From: Macrostomum lignano
Lineage: Eukaryota
DNA: 64,000 bases
Assembly (NCBI GenBank): GCA_002269645.1
Contig: NIVC01000260.1
Coordinates: 496,001-560,000 of the forward strand
Direction: 5' to 3'
Part shown: positions 47,301-59,330 of the stretch, in pieces
Layout of the letters: the number at the start of each line of letters is the position of its first letter
How positions within the stretch are numbered: position 1 is the first letter of the stretch
Position numbers and translations under genes: made by a program
Notes under the pieces: generated by a model
Databases searched by the model: none
What the model saw: only the letters and a program-made list of their open reading frames with translations
Told to the model about the DNA's origin: nothing

Positions 47301-50300
47301 AGAGTGGATACTGATTAGGGAAACAACACTTACCGCTTCATCTGCTGCGAGACTGGAATCTGAGTTGGCCCCTTCTTTAACGCTAGAATCAGTGTCGACT
47401 GGGGCTGGGTCAGAAGCAGACAGCGGTAGTTCAGCGGTGCTCCCCGTCGACAGAGGAATGTTGTTGCCTTCCAACTCGTCAGTCGAAGCTGTCTCCGCCA
47501 CGAAATTGGCTCCATTAGACGGACTCGGTCCCTGGGCCTCTGGGAACACTTTCACTGCAGAATTATCAGACCCAGCACATGCGCTGTCTGCACTTCCCTC
47601 CAAGTCAATTTGTCCATAGGTTTCCTTGTGCGCGGCAATGTTCGATTTGTCTTTCTCTGCACAAAAGCTTTCGTCGCCAAGTGCAGACGAAACGTCAGCC
47701 AATCTGTCAGTTGGCTCGTGTCCTATTGCTGTATCGTCTGGTCCAGATGCTTCATCACTGCCTTGGCAACGGTTTAAGTCTGATTCAGATGACCGAGTTG
47801 TGTTGGAAACATCCGCCATCAAAAGTTCATTGCCTAGTTTTTCTTGGTCTTTTAATCCCGAATCTGGTGTATTCGAGTTAACTGTCGACGCATTATCCAA
47901 CTCAGTACTATTGGATACAAGCTGCTGTAACCCCAGGTTGTCAGAAATTTGATGCAGCTCTGATCTCTCCTCAGTAGCTCTTGGTTCGGTTTTTCTCGCA
48001 ATGGGGCTTCCCACAATGTTTTGCGCGCTGGCAGTCTCTGTTTGCTCAGCAGCGGTGCTGTCAGCTAGGGACTGCTGCTCTGCTTCGGTGCTATGCTGAC
48101 CTGCAACTGTGCTGTCAGCTACGGACTGCTGCTCTGCTTCGGTGCTATGCTGACCTGCAACTGTGCTGTCAGCTACGGACTGCTGCTCTGCTTCGGTGCT
48201 ATGCTGACCTGCAACTGTGCTGTCAGCTACGGACTGCTGCTCTGCTTCGGTGCTATGCTGACCTGCAACTGTGCTGTCAGCTACGGACTGCTGCTCTGCT
48301 TCGGTGCTATGCTGACCTGCAACTGTGCTGTCAGCTACGGACTGCTGCTCTGCTTCGGTGCTATGCTGACCTGCAACTGTGCTGTCAGCTACGGACTGCT
48401 GCTCTGCTTCGGTGCTATGCTGACCTGCAACTGTGCTGTCAGCTGATGGCTGATGACCTGTAGCTGTGCTGTCAGCTGATGGCTGCTGATCTGTAGCTGT
48501 GCTGTCAGCTGATGGCTGCTGATCTGTAGCTGTGCTGTCAGCTGATGGCTGCTGATCTGTAGCTGTGCTGTCAGCTGATGGCTGCTGATCTGTAGCTGTG
48601 CTGTCAGCTGATGGCTGCTGATCTGTAGCTGTGCTGTCAGCTGATGGCAAATGACCTGCAACTGTGCTGTCAGCTGATGGCTGATGACCTGTAGCTGTGC
48701 TGTCAGCTGATGGCTGCTGATCTGTAGCTGTGCTGTCAGCTGATGGCTGCTGATCTGTAGCTGTGCTGTCAGCTGATGGCTGCTGATCTGTAGCTGTGCT
48801 GTCAGCTGATGGCTGCTGATCTGCAACTGTGCTGTCAGCTGATGGCTGATGACCTGTAGCTGTGCTGTCAGCTGATGGCTGATGATCTGTAGCTGTGCTG
48901 TCAGCTGATGGCTGCTGATCTGTAGCTGTGCTGTCAGCTGATGGCTGCTGATCTGTAGCTGTGCTGTCAGCTGATGGCTGCTGATCTGTAGCTGTGCTGT
49001 CAGCTGATGGCTGTTGATCTGCAACTGTGCTGTCAGCTACTGGTTGCAGCTCTGCTTCAGTGCTGTCAGCTACTGGTTGCAGCTCTGCTTCAGTGCTGTC
49101 AGCTACTGGTTGCAGCTCTGCTTCAGTGCTGTCAGCTACTGGTTGCAGCTCTGCTTCAGTGCTGTCAGCTACTGGTTGCAGCTCTGCTTCAGTGCTGTCA
49201 GCTACTGGTTGCAGCTCTGCTTCAGTGCTGTCAGCTACTGGTTGCAGCTCTGCTTCAGTGCTGTCAGCTACTGGTTGCAGCTCTGCTTCAGTGCTGTCAG
49301 CTACTGGTTGCAGCTCTGCTTCAGTGCTGTCAGCTACTGGTTGCAGCTCTGCTTCAGTGCTGTCAGCTACTGGTTGCAGCTCTGCTTCAGTGCTGTCAGC
49401 TACTGGTTGCAGCTCTGCTTCAGTGCTGTCAGCTACTGGTTGCAGCTCTGCTTCAGTGCTGTCAGCTACTGGTTGCAGCTCTGCTTCAGTGCTGTCAGCT
49501 ACTGGTTGCAGCTCTGCTTCAGTGCTGTCAGCTACGGGTTGCTGCTCTTCGTCAGAGCTTTTACTTGCGACCACATCACTGTTCGAAATTGTCAGACTCT
49601 TATCTTTAGGGATTTCAACAACATCTGAAGTCAAAGCTCTTACATGTGGCATTAAACCAGCAGCCATATCTTGATCATGCACTTCAGTATCAGCCTCAGG
49701 CTCCAAATTGCCTTCGTCAGATTGCGGAAGCGCAGGAAAGTCGCTTATTTCAGCGTCCGATGCTTCTCCATCAGCAACAGTATCGACTTCAAGAGGACTG
49801 ACCATCTCAAATTCATCCTCAGATGAGATAGGAGATACAATTTCAGCGGTTTCGGGATCATGCTTTTTCGAAGTATCCTCGTTTTGGCTGGGCGGTTCAG
49901 AGGTTGTAGACTTTTCTTCTGTGGGGCAAGCAACGACTTTTGGGAAATCATCTTTTTCAGAGCAGGCTTTTCGCTGCAGGGCGTCTGCATCAACAGTATC
50001 CATGGTAGTATTGGGGTCAATTTTAGCTTTTTGACATTCAGAAGTTTTATCAGCATCTCCAGTTGGAGTTGGTAGTTCATCGCATTCTAACACGTTGTCA
50101 CGATTCGTGTCTGAACTTTGAGAAAGTTCTAGTTTTTTCGAGGAACTTCTAGATGATATTTCCACGGGTGGCCTTGGATGTTCCACTTGATTATTATCGG
50201 AGCTTTCAGTGGCTTCTGCCTGGGCTTCTGAAGTATTATCTGTTGTTGTTTCTGTCTCTATCGCAAATACAAGTAGAGCCTCATCCAAGGGTCTTCCGAA

Positions 50301-53300
50301 TTGTGACCTAGGCGTCTCAGCAATCGTATGAGCAGAGGTAGCTGGTATCACAGCCTGAATAGCACTCTTAGTGGTGCTATAATTAGATGGCGGAATGTCG
50401 GACTTACTGAAGGCGCCAGGCGTAGCTTTGACAGCTGCTTTGGAGGGAGAAGATGTAGCCGAAGTAGCGTCGCCCCACTGCAAGTCGATTGCATATTTGG
50501 ACTCGTCGTTAAGCAGCTCCCGCCGTAGCTTCTTCTTAAAACTTGGGTCTTTTGTGATGAGCCCTTTTGTATTTGTACGGCTCTCTGATGCGATAACCGA
50601 TGAACTGGTCGGATTTGTTCTTCCAAAATTTGAACTGCAGCTCACCTGCTGATGGTGAGCAACGTCGCCATAGTATCTCCTGTCGGGGAATCTGCTTGGC
50701 ACCTGGAGGCGGTTAGCGGGCCCAACAGCTGCCTTCTTTCTGGGCTTCCCAGGGGGCCGAAGATCCATGACAACGTCGTCGAAGATGCGGTCAAGCGAAC
50801 GGTATGACTGTTCCTCTCCGCCTGCCGGTGCAATAGCGCTGTCGATGTTGCGCAGGTCCAGCGAATCCGGCAGCTGGTCTAGACCGCCAACCTCGAGACA
50901 GTCGCGGTCGAGCTCCGAGCTGATGCTTGATTCTTCGACGAATCTCAGCGTGTCAAATTGATCGCTCCGACCGACTAATAAATCAGCGGCATCGATCAGA
51001 TTGCTCAACGAACCGTCCAGTGGCGAAGCTGACGAATCGGACTCTTCGCTACGTCCGCCAAGTGTGCCTTCGTCATCTGAGTCATCATCGACTTCGGCTT
51101 GCTCCGGAAGCTGGGCTGGCTGCTCTGCTGTTGATAAGCGCCGTGTGGCCGTCTCTGCTTGCTCCAACTCCTCTGCCGATGCGTCTAGCAGCTCGGGCGC
51201 GGAGGAACTGGACCGAATGCCGGAGCCGTCGCTGACACCGGGGTCATCGCCGCTGGCTCTTCGCTTCCTACGCAACTGAACTGGCGGATCCAAAGCTGAG
51301 CCGCCTGGCGCGTCTGACGCCCGCTGCAACTGTTGTCGGTCTGGCGGTCCTGACGGCTGGCTTTGAGAAAGACGGTGCTGACTCTGCTGCGAGGTTGATC
51401 GGCGAATGCCAAGCAGACTACCGATGCCTTTGAAGAAAGACTGCATGTCTGCCCTGCAGGCCGTGTAGGGACAGATTCTAGCGGGAAAGACTTTCGACTG
51501 GACGGTGTTAAACTGTTATGTTCCAACCAAAGTTAGGAGCCCGACTGACGTCAAGATCCAAATTTTAAACCTTGGGGTGCCACTCGGAATGCGTGTTTAT
51601 TGGATGGGAGTGGGCGAAAAGCGTGTGGAGTCTAATCAGGGTAAGAGATCAGAGCGGCTCGTCTAGCCGGAGCACTGCAGGGAGCGGACGGCAAGGCTTA
51701 CACCGCGCAGACAGCTTTCTTTAATTCCGCTCTTATTACTACAGTCGTATAGTACTATACTACTATTAAAGCAGCTGCGTCCTAAAGACAGAGGTTTAGT
51801 GCGGCTTCAGATCTAGCCAAGCAGCCTCTCGTTCTCCTGCTTTTGCCAGCCAGGTTTTGGGGTGCAATCAGAAAGGAGAGAGTGGAAGGTACGCGACAGG
51901 AGAAGGAAGCTGAATAGCAGAGGATGAAGGAAATGCGGGTGGATGCGGGGAGGAAGGAGGGGCCCTAGCCCTCTCAGCAGGGGATGTTGTGATTGGAAAG
52001 CGCATGAAGGATACTTGCAGCATCTCGCCCTCTCCATCTGGACCCGACCCTGGCCCAGTCTGTTGTCCAGTGAAACTCGCTCCCGGCCAGCTTTTTGGCT
52101 CCAGCAAAAGTCAGCTCTGCTGGGCGCGCAGCTCCGACATATGCTGCGCAGATCCTCCGGACCCGCCTCCATGCAGCGGTGGCAGCCCAGCAACTGCGGA
52201 GACCCTCCTGATCGGCAGCGCATAGCGACCACCATCTCCCTCCTTCATTTTGGGGCTGTCAAGGTCTTTGAAAAACACAGGATGAAAATTCGAAGTGTGA
52301 ATATGAGGTCTTAATTCTGTGCATAACTTTTCAGCCACCTCGTCAGGCAGAAATTCCATTTTTTAAGTCTAAGAATTCAAGTCCATTCGACTGACACGAG
52401 GGTTTGAATTCCTCCTGGCACTGCAAAAGGACTAGCTAGAATACTAAATCAATGCCCTAAAACTCGAGCATATTCAGATTGCCGCTGCAGTTTGACACCA
52501 AGCAGTGTATACAATGCCAGGCAAAGCGATAAAGATTATCAGGGCGAATTTGGCTTACCCTTTTGTTCGCTGCTTCTGGCGATGCTGCGGAATCCTCATC
52601 AGCAGCAGCAGCGGCTTTGGCCTCATCATTTACAGTCGGGCCATTTCTGAAGCGGTACGACGGGGAGAGAAATTGTTTTTCAGCCTGACAGTTCCAACTT
52701 CACTGCTGCCTCGCAATAAAATAATACTAAAAGCAGACGAATTCATCGAACTTCGCGCATAATATAACATTATTGCTTGCATTATAATGCATGCGGTCAT
52801 TTTTGGCCGTAGAAGCGTCTGCAAGTACGTGCACTTGCAGTGCTACCACGGCATTGATATTAATTCAATATTCCATCACGTAGTCTAATAATCTTAGCCT
52901 AGCAGCAGTGGAGCAGTATAGAGAATACAGCATTTCTGAAGTGGAATGCAGTCAGATGCTTTTGCTTCTGCTGCTGCGGAATTTTAAGCAGAAAAAAACA
53001 ACCGCAATTTTTTGGCGTTGAAAGACGGCGAAGACAGACGGGCAAGGCTTCCTTCTCCCATCCTTCCGACTCGAGCCAAGAATCCCCCTGCGCAGATGTT
53101 TCATCCCAAAATACTTGAATTTACTCTCCACCCCCTCTCACTCGCTCTCAGCCTCTGCTTGACCAACGCTTAAAGATTTTTATCCTCGCATTCGAACTCC
53201 TTATGAAGTTGGTCGATCAATAAACAGTGCTTCGTTCAAGACTGTCTGCTGGCTTATCGAATAATTTTATCTATGATAGTTGTTGCGTTGTCAGTGGGTG

Positions 53301-56300
53301 GCGCAGTTAGCTGCTGCTTTTAGGCGGGGTTGCTATACCACGACATACAGGTAAAAGCCGGAGCGCCAGAAAAATATGACGGCTTTTAAGAATAAACAGC
53401 CTGACGGCTTGTGACCATCCAATTAGCATTAAACCAGCATCGAAAGTAACCCCAGCTATATGAGCTACAATAAAAAGTAATGGTTGGTCGTAAATCTCTA
53501 GTGTAAAATGCTGTGCAAAACAAGAGTACTGCAATAAATTACCCGATGTATATGAATGATAATTTTCCAATATTGTACGCTAATTACAGACCATTTTTAT
53601 CCAATTGTTAATTAATTACTACAGGCTATCTCGTGCTATTGATGGAGACTGCATGGGGGGGCGCTGATAGAAGCAGAGTCATGTAAAAAAGAAAAGAAGC
53701 ACTATGTATACATAAAAAAGTCATGTCGAAGTTACTCGTAAAATATTCATTTGGGAATTGCTACGATGTCAAAGCTTGGAGGGAATCGTTATAGTGCTGT
53801 GATTCTTAAAGGAGGAATTACTAAAATGCCAAGGCTTAGGGGAGAAGAATTACTGAGATTTCAAGGCTTTAGGTTGGGTTAAAGTTAGGTTTAGGTCAGG
53901 CTTGGGTTGAGGGTTAGATTTTAGCGGGTTTCAAGGTTAACAGGGGATTTTTTAGATTTCAAGGTTTATGGGGGCATCGCTGACATGTCAAGGCTTACCT
54001 CGCAATAAAATAATACTAAAAGCAGACGAATTCATCGAACTTCGCGCATAATATAACATTATTGCTTGCATTATAATGCATGCGGTCATTTTTGGCCGTA
54101 GAAGCGTCTGCAAGTACGTGCACTTGCAGTGCTACCACGGCATTGATATTAATTCAATATTCCATCACGTAGTGTCAAGGCTCACGGGGTAGCTGAGATG
54201 TCAAGGCTCACGGGGGTATAAATGAGATGTCAAGGCTAAAGTCAGAAGCTACATGTAGTTTATGAAAAACTTTTTATTACATTATTTGTTGGCTCCTCAC
54301 GGGAGGGATCGCTTATAGAAAAAGCGTTATGTAAAAAATAAAAGAAGCTTCATGTCGAAGTTAAGAGATTCATTTGGGAATCCCTACGATGTCGAGGCTT
54401 GCAGGGAATCACTATAATACTGTAGTGCTATTATGACTCTTGGAGAGAATTACTGAAATTTCAATGCTTTAGGGTTAGGGTTAGGGTTAGGGTTAGGCTA
54501 GGGTTAGAAAGTAGACAGATTTTTTAAGATTTCAAGGCTTATGGGGGCATCGCTGAGATGTCAAGGGTGGAGTTGATGTGTTAAGGCTTGTGGTGGGAAT
54601 TGCTGACATGTCAAGGCTTACAAGGGACTGCTGGGGTAAAATGCGAAGAGACGCTACATGTAGTTTGTTAAAACAACTTGTACTGCATTTTTTAGGCTCC
54701 CCAACGGGGGGCGCTGATTGCTAGTCTCGTGCTATTGATGGAGACTGCATGGGTTTTACAGAAACTTACTTGTTTATTATCAATGAAATGAAAATGAATG
54801 ACAGTTTTAATAATGTATAACTTTTGCGCCTCTATATTTATAGTTAGCTCATTTAACTATTGGATGATTTATTAAGAAAGGTGCGATTCGTTAATATCAT
54901 TGTTTTTTATTCGAGTGTAACTAGATACGTGTAAATTATAGAAAGGACTTGTGTGTATGAGTTAGCGCATAAGCTTAACAAATCCTGCACACTCTGGGGA
55001 GATGTTGCCATAGACGTAACCAATCCTGTACACTCTGGGGAGATGTTGCCATAGACATATCCAATCATGCACACTCTGGGGAGATGTTGCCATAGACGTA
55101 ACCAATCCTGTACACTCTGGGGAGATGTTACCATAGACACAACCAATTCCATAATGAATTTTGACACTCAAAAGTTTCAAGTTAAAATTTTATTTTCAGG
55201 AGCTTCAGAGGAAATAAATATAGCAATAAAGTATTCACGCACTAAAAGCACTATTTCAGTAGGAGATATTGCCCTAAAGCCAGTTCTAAGTTACGACAGT
55301 TAAAAGTACACTTTTAAGACACCTCCTTTTTCAAGAAGAACCAACGTTCGTGTCTGAATTGGAAGCCGCGTCATCAGAAAAAAATGCAGGTGCCAAGGAT
55401 AGCCAATACTCTTCTCTCCCCATGGACCTCGCATTTTTCTTTTTCTAAAAGAAGCTGCGGAACACACTGACATACATAGGAAGAGATTTCCAGACTGTTG
55501 TGCAATCTTGGGACCACAATCCCATCTTAGGCTTGGGGCAAGGACCATGTCTTTGAACTAATTTTCTACCCTTGGAGCTTATAACACCCTACGGCGCGGG
55601 GATCAAGAGACAACAGATGGATTTTCGAATTCCATAGGCTCTTCAAGGCTGCAGTGTAACATTTCTAGAGCTTCGAAGCAGTAAAAAGCCAGACAGTATG
55701 ACCAGGGAATATCCTGAATGAAGGCAAGTACGTGTGGCATGTATTTAGAATGTGCAGGAGCTGCGCAATGTAAGGCAAATACGTTGTTTTTCGATTTCAA
55801 AGCGAAAACACTGTTCACCTAGATACCAATACAGTCTGCAAATGCATGCGTAAGTGCAGTAAAAAGAACAGTTAAACAAAATCTTTCGCCTACACCATAC
55901 TACTCGTTCAAATTAAGGTAAGTAGAAAGAAAATGCACAGCTAGATGCTTTGACAGACATCTAAAATGTCCGGAAATGTTCAAATCTGGGACTCTAGAGG
56001 CGATGGGAAAGCTGAGCACTCAGTGCCAGAGCTGAGAGGTAAGCATGCATTATTCATCAGGATGCAGTCCGCAGTTTCCCTCACCCAGGAGCCTGAGTAG
56101 CCCTGCGGTAAATGCGACCGACTCTCGCGTGACGCGTGACCCTGTACAACCCTAAGCTCAAAAGTCGGTGGAATGGGCAGAACTGCCTCAGCACTGGTTG
56201 TGGGATGATTTCGCCGAAGGCGTTGCGCCAGGGTGCCCGCAGTCATCCTGAATATATTTGCTTTTACTTTTACTTTTACTTTTATCCCTCACCCAGACTG

Positions 56301-56498
56301 GCGTCTTCGAAGCAGGTCTTCGAAGTGAGTCGCTCCGAACTTATAAATATCCGCTGGTCGCTGACGCACAACCTCCAGAGCGAAGCCTTCAAGCAACGCC
56401 TGGAAGCCATCTGGAGGCGGCGGTAGCTTTATTGGGCGCTTTGGATGTCGACGCTTGCGCGGTCGCTCGGTCGCCGTCTCGGTAGTGTTGAGGCTTGA
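35187..56498 (-). CDS. Multi-exon RIIa (D/D) domain + 2 IQ-motif protein (Sp17/neuromodulin-like) with giant repeat exons
   Basis: Exons 56498-56293 (RIIa), 52646-52559, 51453/51446-47334, 43974-43231, 41464-41348 (IQ1), 41246-40476, 40226-38839, 35952-35877 and 35281-35187 (IQ2, stop). Splice phases are mutually compatible. The first ATG exon for the RIIa form was not found. Confidence 0.8.
35450..35603. repeat. 29-bp tandem repeat (intronic)
   Basis: AGCGCACAATTTCTAAGAATTGGCACAGG x about 5. Confidence 0.9.
35877..35952 (-). CDS. IQ2 exon
   Basis: TAG|NGQADAADEDKLNAEAAVKIQAGFR G|GTAAAG. Confidence 0.85.
38094..38310 (+). mobile_element. tRNA-derived SINE, copy C (internally deleted)
   Basis: GGTTCGATTCCCGA B box and GCTGCGGCTGAGCTG.TGGTTGCACATCTG tail shared with copies A and B. 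Confidence 0.8.
38839..40226 (-). CDS. Acidic repeat exon (DEKREEEPAPSVV)n
   Basis: Open across about 25 repeats of 36-39 bp. One extra A near 38940 gives KKKKKKNKKKKKKAEQIDESQQRESVEAAPEDNDDK|GT and a phase-0/0 exon. Confidence 0.7.
40476..41246 (-). CDS. Ala/Glu-rich (EAAAA/EAAAN)n exon
   Basis: CAG|RIEEAKKK...ISNK|GTAAGT, 771 nt, phase 0/0. Confidence 0.85.
41348..41464 (-). CDS. IQ1 exon
   Basis: CAG|LIIEGPTQQQKEDAAAKIQAGFKGHRARVEFKKKREEQK|GCAAGA (GC donor), 117 nt. Confidence 0.85.
41886..43147. repeat. Compound intronic satellite (42-43-bp type grading into 39-bp type)
   Basis: GGGGTAGCAGTGGCGCCCTACATTTATTAGTCACAGATAATT, then GGGGGTAGCAGTGGCGCTCCACTTCAGTCATAGATAATT. Confidence 0.95.
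43231..43974 (-). CDS. Probable alternative first exon with Cys/basic N-terminus
   Basis: MLGCFGRRKKKTK..., 248 codons to CAG|GT (phase 0). TCAGTT initiator-like motif about 65 nt upstream, and a (CT)n/(GA)n tract at 44285-44315. Confidence 0.65.
45847..46161. repeat. Perfect 15-bp minisatellite (GCGCCAGCACCAGGG) x about 21
   Basis: Homogeneous array; it opens ORFs in several frames. Confidence 0.97.
47334..51446 (-). CDS. 4.1-kb low-complexity acidic exon (1371 codons)
   Basis: Uninterrupted ORF with 33-bp (EAELQPVADST, ATDQQPSADST) and 54-bp repeats. Ends GCG|GTAAGT in phase 0. CAG acceptor at 51454-51456. Confidence 0.8.
52559..52646 (-). CDS. Short linker exon
   Basis: Strong pyrimidine tract + CAG|A AAT GGC...AAA AGG|GTAAGC. 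Phase 2 start matches the RIIa exon donor. Confidence 0.65.
53998..54173 (+). repeat. 176-bp exact copy of 52709-52884
   Basis: Base-for-base identical by eye, inserted between two TGTCAAGGCT subrepeats. Confidence 0.95.
54469..54507 (+). repeat. Interstitial (TTAGGG)4 plus variants
   Basis: Four perfect units at 54469-54492 inside the Helitron-like unit. Confidence 0.9.
54980..55147. repeat. 41-bp tandem repeat x4
   Basis: CCTGTACACTCTGGGGAGATGTTGCCATAGACGTAACCAAT. Confidence 0.9.
56293..56498 (-). CDS. RIIa dimerization/docking domain exon
   Basis: PPPPDGFQALLEGFALEVVRQRPADIYKFGATHFEDLL matches the PKA-RII/Sp17 D/D pattern. CAG acceptor at 56499-56501 and GG|GTGAG donor. Confidence 0.85.
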
Positions 56499-56683
56499 CT
56501 GCAAGATTTATGAATGGAATTGGTAATTTAGGAAAATAGTTATAGAATGGGTCAAGGTTATGGGCAATGACGTTAGTAAATTAGTTAGGATTACTTAGCC
56601 TTCAGCGGGCTTTGAGCACTGTCACATATCATGATTTCTAGTTGCCCCTAAAAATGCGTCAAAATGAGTATCAAAGGCGACGC

Positions 56684-57360
56684 TTAGGGTGTCAGGAGAG
56701 GTGGTACTCAGGGTGTCAGGAGGGGCGCTACTCAGGGTGTCAGGAGGGGGGATACTCAGGGTGTCAGGAGGGGCGCTACTCAGGGTGTCAGGAGGGGCGA
56801 TACTCAGGGTGTCAGGAGGGGGGATACTCAGGGTGTCAGGAGGGGCGCTACTCAGGGTGTCAGGAGGGGCGCTACTCAGGGTGTCAGGAGGGGGGATACT
56901 CAGGGTGTCAGGAGGGGCGCTACTCAGGGTGTCAGGAGGGGCGATACTCAGGGTGTCAGGAGTGGAGATACTCAGGGTGTCAGGAGGGGCGCTACTCAGG
57001 GTGTCAGGAGTGGAGATACTCAGGGTGTCAGGAGTGGAGATAATCAGGGTGTCAGGAGGGGCGATACTCAGGGTGTCAGGAGTGGAGATAATCAGGGTGT
57101 CAGGAGGGGCGATACTCAGGGTGTCAGGAGTGGAGATACTCAGGGTGTCAGGAGGGGCGATACTCAGGGTGTCAGGAGTGGAGATAATCAGGGTGTCAGG
57201 AGGGGCGATACTCAGGGTGTCAGGAGTGGAGATACTCAGGGTGTCAGGAGGGTGGAGATACTCAGGGTGTCAGGAGTGGAGATACTCAGGGTGTCAGGAG
57301 TGGAGATACTCAGGGTGTCAGGAGTGGGGATGCTCAGGGTGTCAGGAGGGGTGATACTCA
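56684..57360. repeat. 24-bp minisatellite (CTCAGGGTGTCAGGAGGGGCGCTA) x about 28
   Basis: Tandem array with a gradient of variants. Confidence 0.95.
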
Positions 57361-59099
57361 GAAATATTGATTGTGCTTTATATTCCAGGTACACCAGAAA
57401 TTTTTTCGAATCTGTATTTTTTAGTAAAAGCAAAATTACTTCTATAAAAGTACAAGACCTTGACTAATGCTTTCCTAGAAACAGAAAACATAAATAAATA
57501 TCTTCTATATCTTATCTTAGGTAAACTAGGCAGCAGTAGGCTGAGAATTTTATTTCCTTTATTGATAATTTTTGGAATTTATGATTTTATTTTATACATA
57601 GCCACTGAAATTTAAGAGGCCTTTAGTGCATCTAGAATATTAAAATTTTAGGCGACCATATTTTAATAGAAAAATTAATTCATAGTTTTTGCTTCAAGAA
57701 ACCCTAAACATATAATTTTTGTTATAGCAGTATGTATAAAAAAATGAAAAAAGCGTAATGAAAATAATGAAAATAATGAAAACTAAGAAATGAATGATTT
57801 TACTTGACTTTTATATAATAAAAAGCTTCATAATTTACAACAGAAATTTAGGTAAGGCAGAAATAGCAAATATTGTAAAATTTTGCCTAGTTCAAAGTTT
57901 TCTAGTCTTATTAACTTGTTAAGTTAGTCAAGCATACACAGAGAAATAAGACTGTGGCCATGCATCAATAAAAAAATTATTTTAAATACCAAGGTAAAAA
58001 GCTTATATATAGCATACCTTTACTTGAGAAAAGAAATTAGTAAGTTAGGCCTAGAGTCTTCATTGCATTTTACTCTTGTAGTTTGCAATGGTCAATGAAA
58101 TCGAGCTCGACTACATTGCCTTAAGTTTTGGTGGTAGCTAAGCTAAATGCACAGATCAATATATATATTTCTAAGACTAATACGCTCGTATATGATAAAT
58201 AGTTTAAATAATATTTTGGGACCCACACAGGCCATAAGTTAAAGTTTAATACGTATTAAGCAGACATTGCTTCGATTGCAAAGCAATTCATCGTCACAAT
58301 GAATTCGTATTTTCGAAGATAGGACCACTGTCGCATTTTCATCCAAAAGAATAAACGCCAAAACTAATATCGCGTTGAGTATGAGTCCCTAAATGAGCTC
58401 ATTAGTAGTGGTTTTCTAGCATGATTTTCAGTAAATATACGTTGAATCATAACTTTCTGCTATCTAGCAACCATTATCTATACCTTTTCGTAGACTGTAT
58501 TTGACTCCTAGTCAACTTTGTTTATCTTTGACGAAAATTAAGCGTGGCTCCGTTTTAAAAAGCAAAATGCGTTTAAAGTTAATTTAATATATCTTCATAA
58601 ATGAACCAGTTTTTGTAAATGTTACCTGTAACCTCTTGCATATACGTGATGCGAGTTAGATAACGAATTGATTAAACACGCCGGAAGGAGCCAAACGAGA
58701 CTTGAGAAATTGAGAAATGGCGGCGGAGACAAGCCAGGCCGGCCGTGCAGAGGCTTTAAGCTGGCCGGCGCGGCCAACACCCCCACACCTCAACCCCCTG
58801 CCAAAGTACAGCGATGTGTACAGCGGCACCCCCCGGCGTGTCTAACACACCTTACTTAGAGAGTAACGATTGCATTCAATAGCTATTCGGTACAGTGCAA
58901 ATATGGGGTCGTGATCATGACATCGATCCATTTTCAAGGGGAACCTAGAAAATTCGTTATTGCAGTTGTGTCCACTTTTGGCTTCGAAGTTTTTGACAGC
59001 TGGACAGGCTCGTTGCCATAGAGGGCTGTCGTGATGTGCTGTGGACGGCATCGAGGCTGTCGAGGTGCTGAAAGACAGGCGATGGAACTTCCACAATGC

Positions 59100-59330
59100 C
59101 AGCAGTTCGTCTACGTCAGCGGCCTCTGGTCTGGTTCCCGACGTCCGAGAAGAGCTAAAGTGTCGCCGTGGAATTGCGTGGGCTGCTTTTCATTCTGTTA
59201 GGGCTGTCCTGATGTCCGAGGCCCAACCTGACCGTCAGAGGGCAGCGTTGTTCCAGGCGGTGGTCGAGGCAGTCCTGATGTACAACACAGAGACCTGGAC
59301 TCCTTCAAGATCGGTGACGTCGAGTGAGTC
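59100..59330 (+). mobile_element. RTE/RTEX LINE C-terminal fragment
   Basis: LVPDVREELKCRRGIAWAAFHSVRAVLMS...ALFQAVVEAVLMYNTETWT (LF...VE.VL.Y..ETWT motif). Confidence 0.8.

Larger units (their letters stand above)
53655..54724 (+). mobile_element. Two head-to-tail Helitron-like non-autonomous units
   Basis: Two diverged units of roughly 450-650 bp. GATGTCAAGGCT subrepeats, TTAGGG tracts, terminal hairpin CTCCCCAACGGGGG followed by CTAG|T at 54721. Bracketed by a 29-bp direct repeat (53629-53657, 54725-54753). Confidence 0.6.

Noticed and set aside
53040-53130. FKYLG LINE motif on the minus strand
   Set aside because: Too short, with an immediate stop; insufficient support.
54469-54507. Telomere or fusion scar
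   Set aside because: Only four perfect units, embedded in a dispersed element that has degenerate TTAGGG tracts elsewhere.
55603-55818. LHCAAPAH resembling the mariner HDNAPAH motif
   Set aside because: The catalytic Asp and surrounding motifs are missing; no TIRs found.
56085-56247. Candidate extra exon after the RIIa exon (45-nt intron, in frame)
   Set aside because: Its sequence is homologous to 31820-31910, so it is probably a dispersed repeat; the exon at 52646 also fits the phase.
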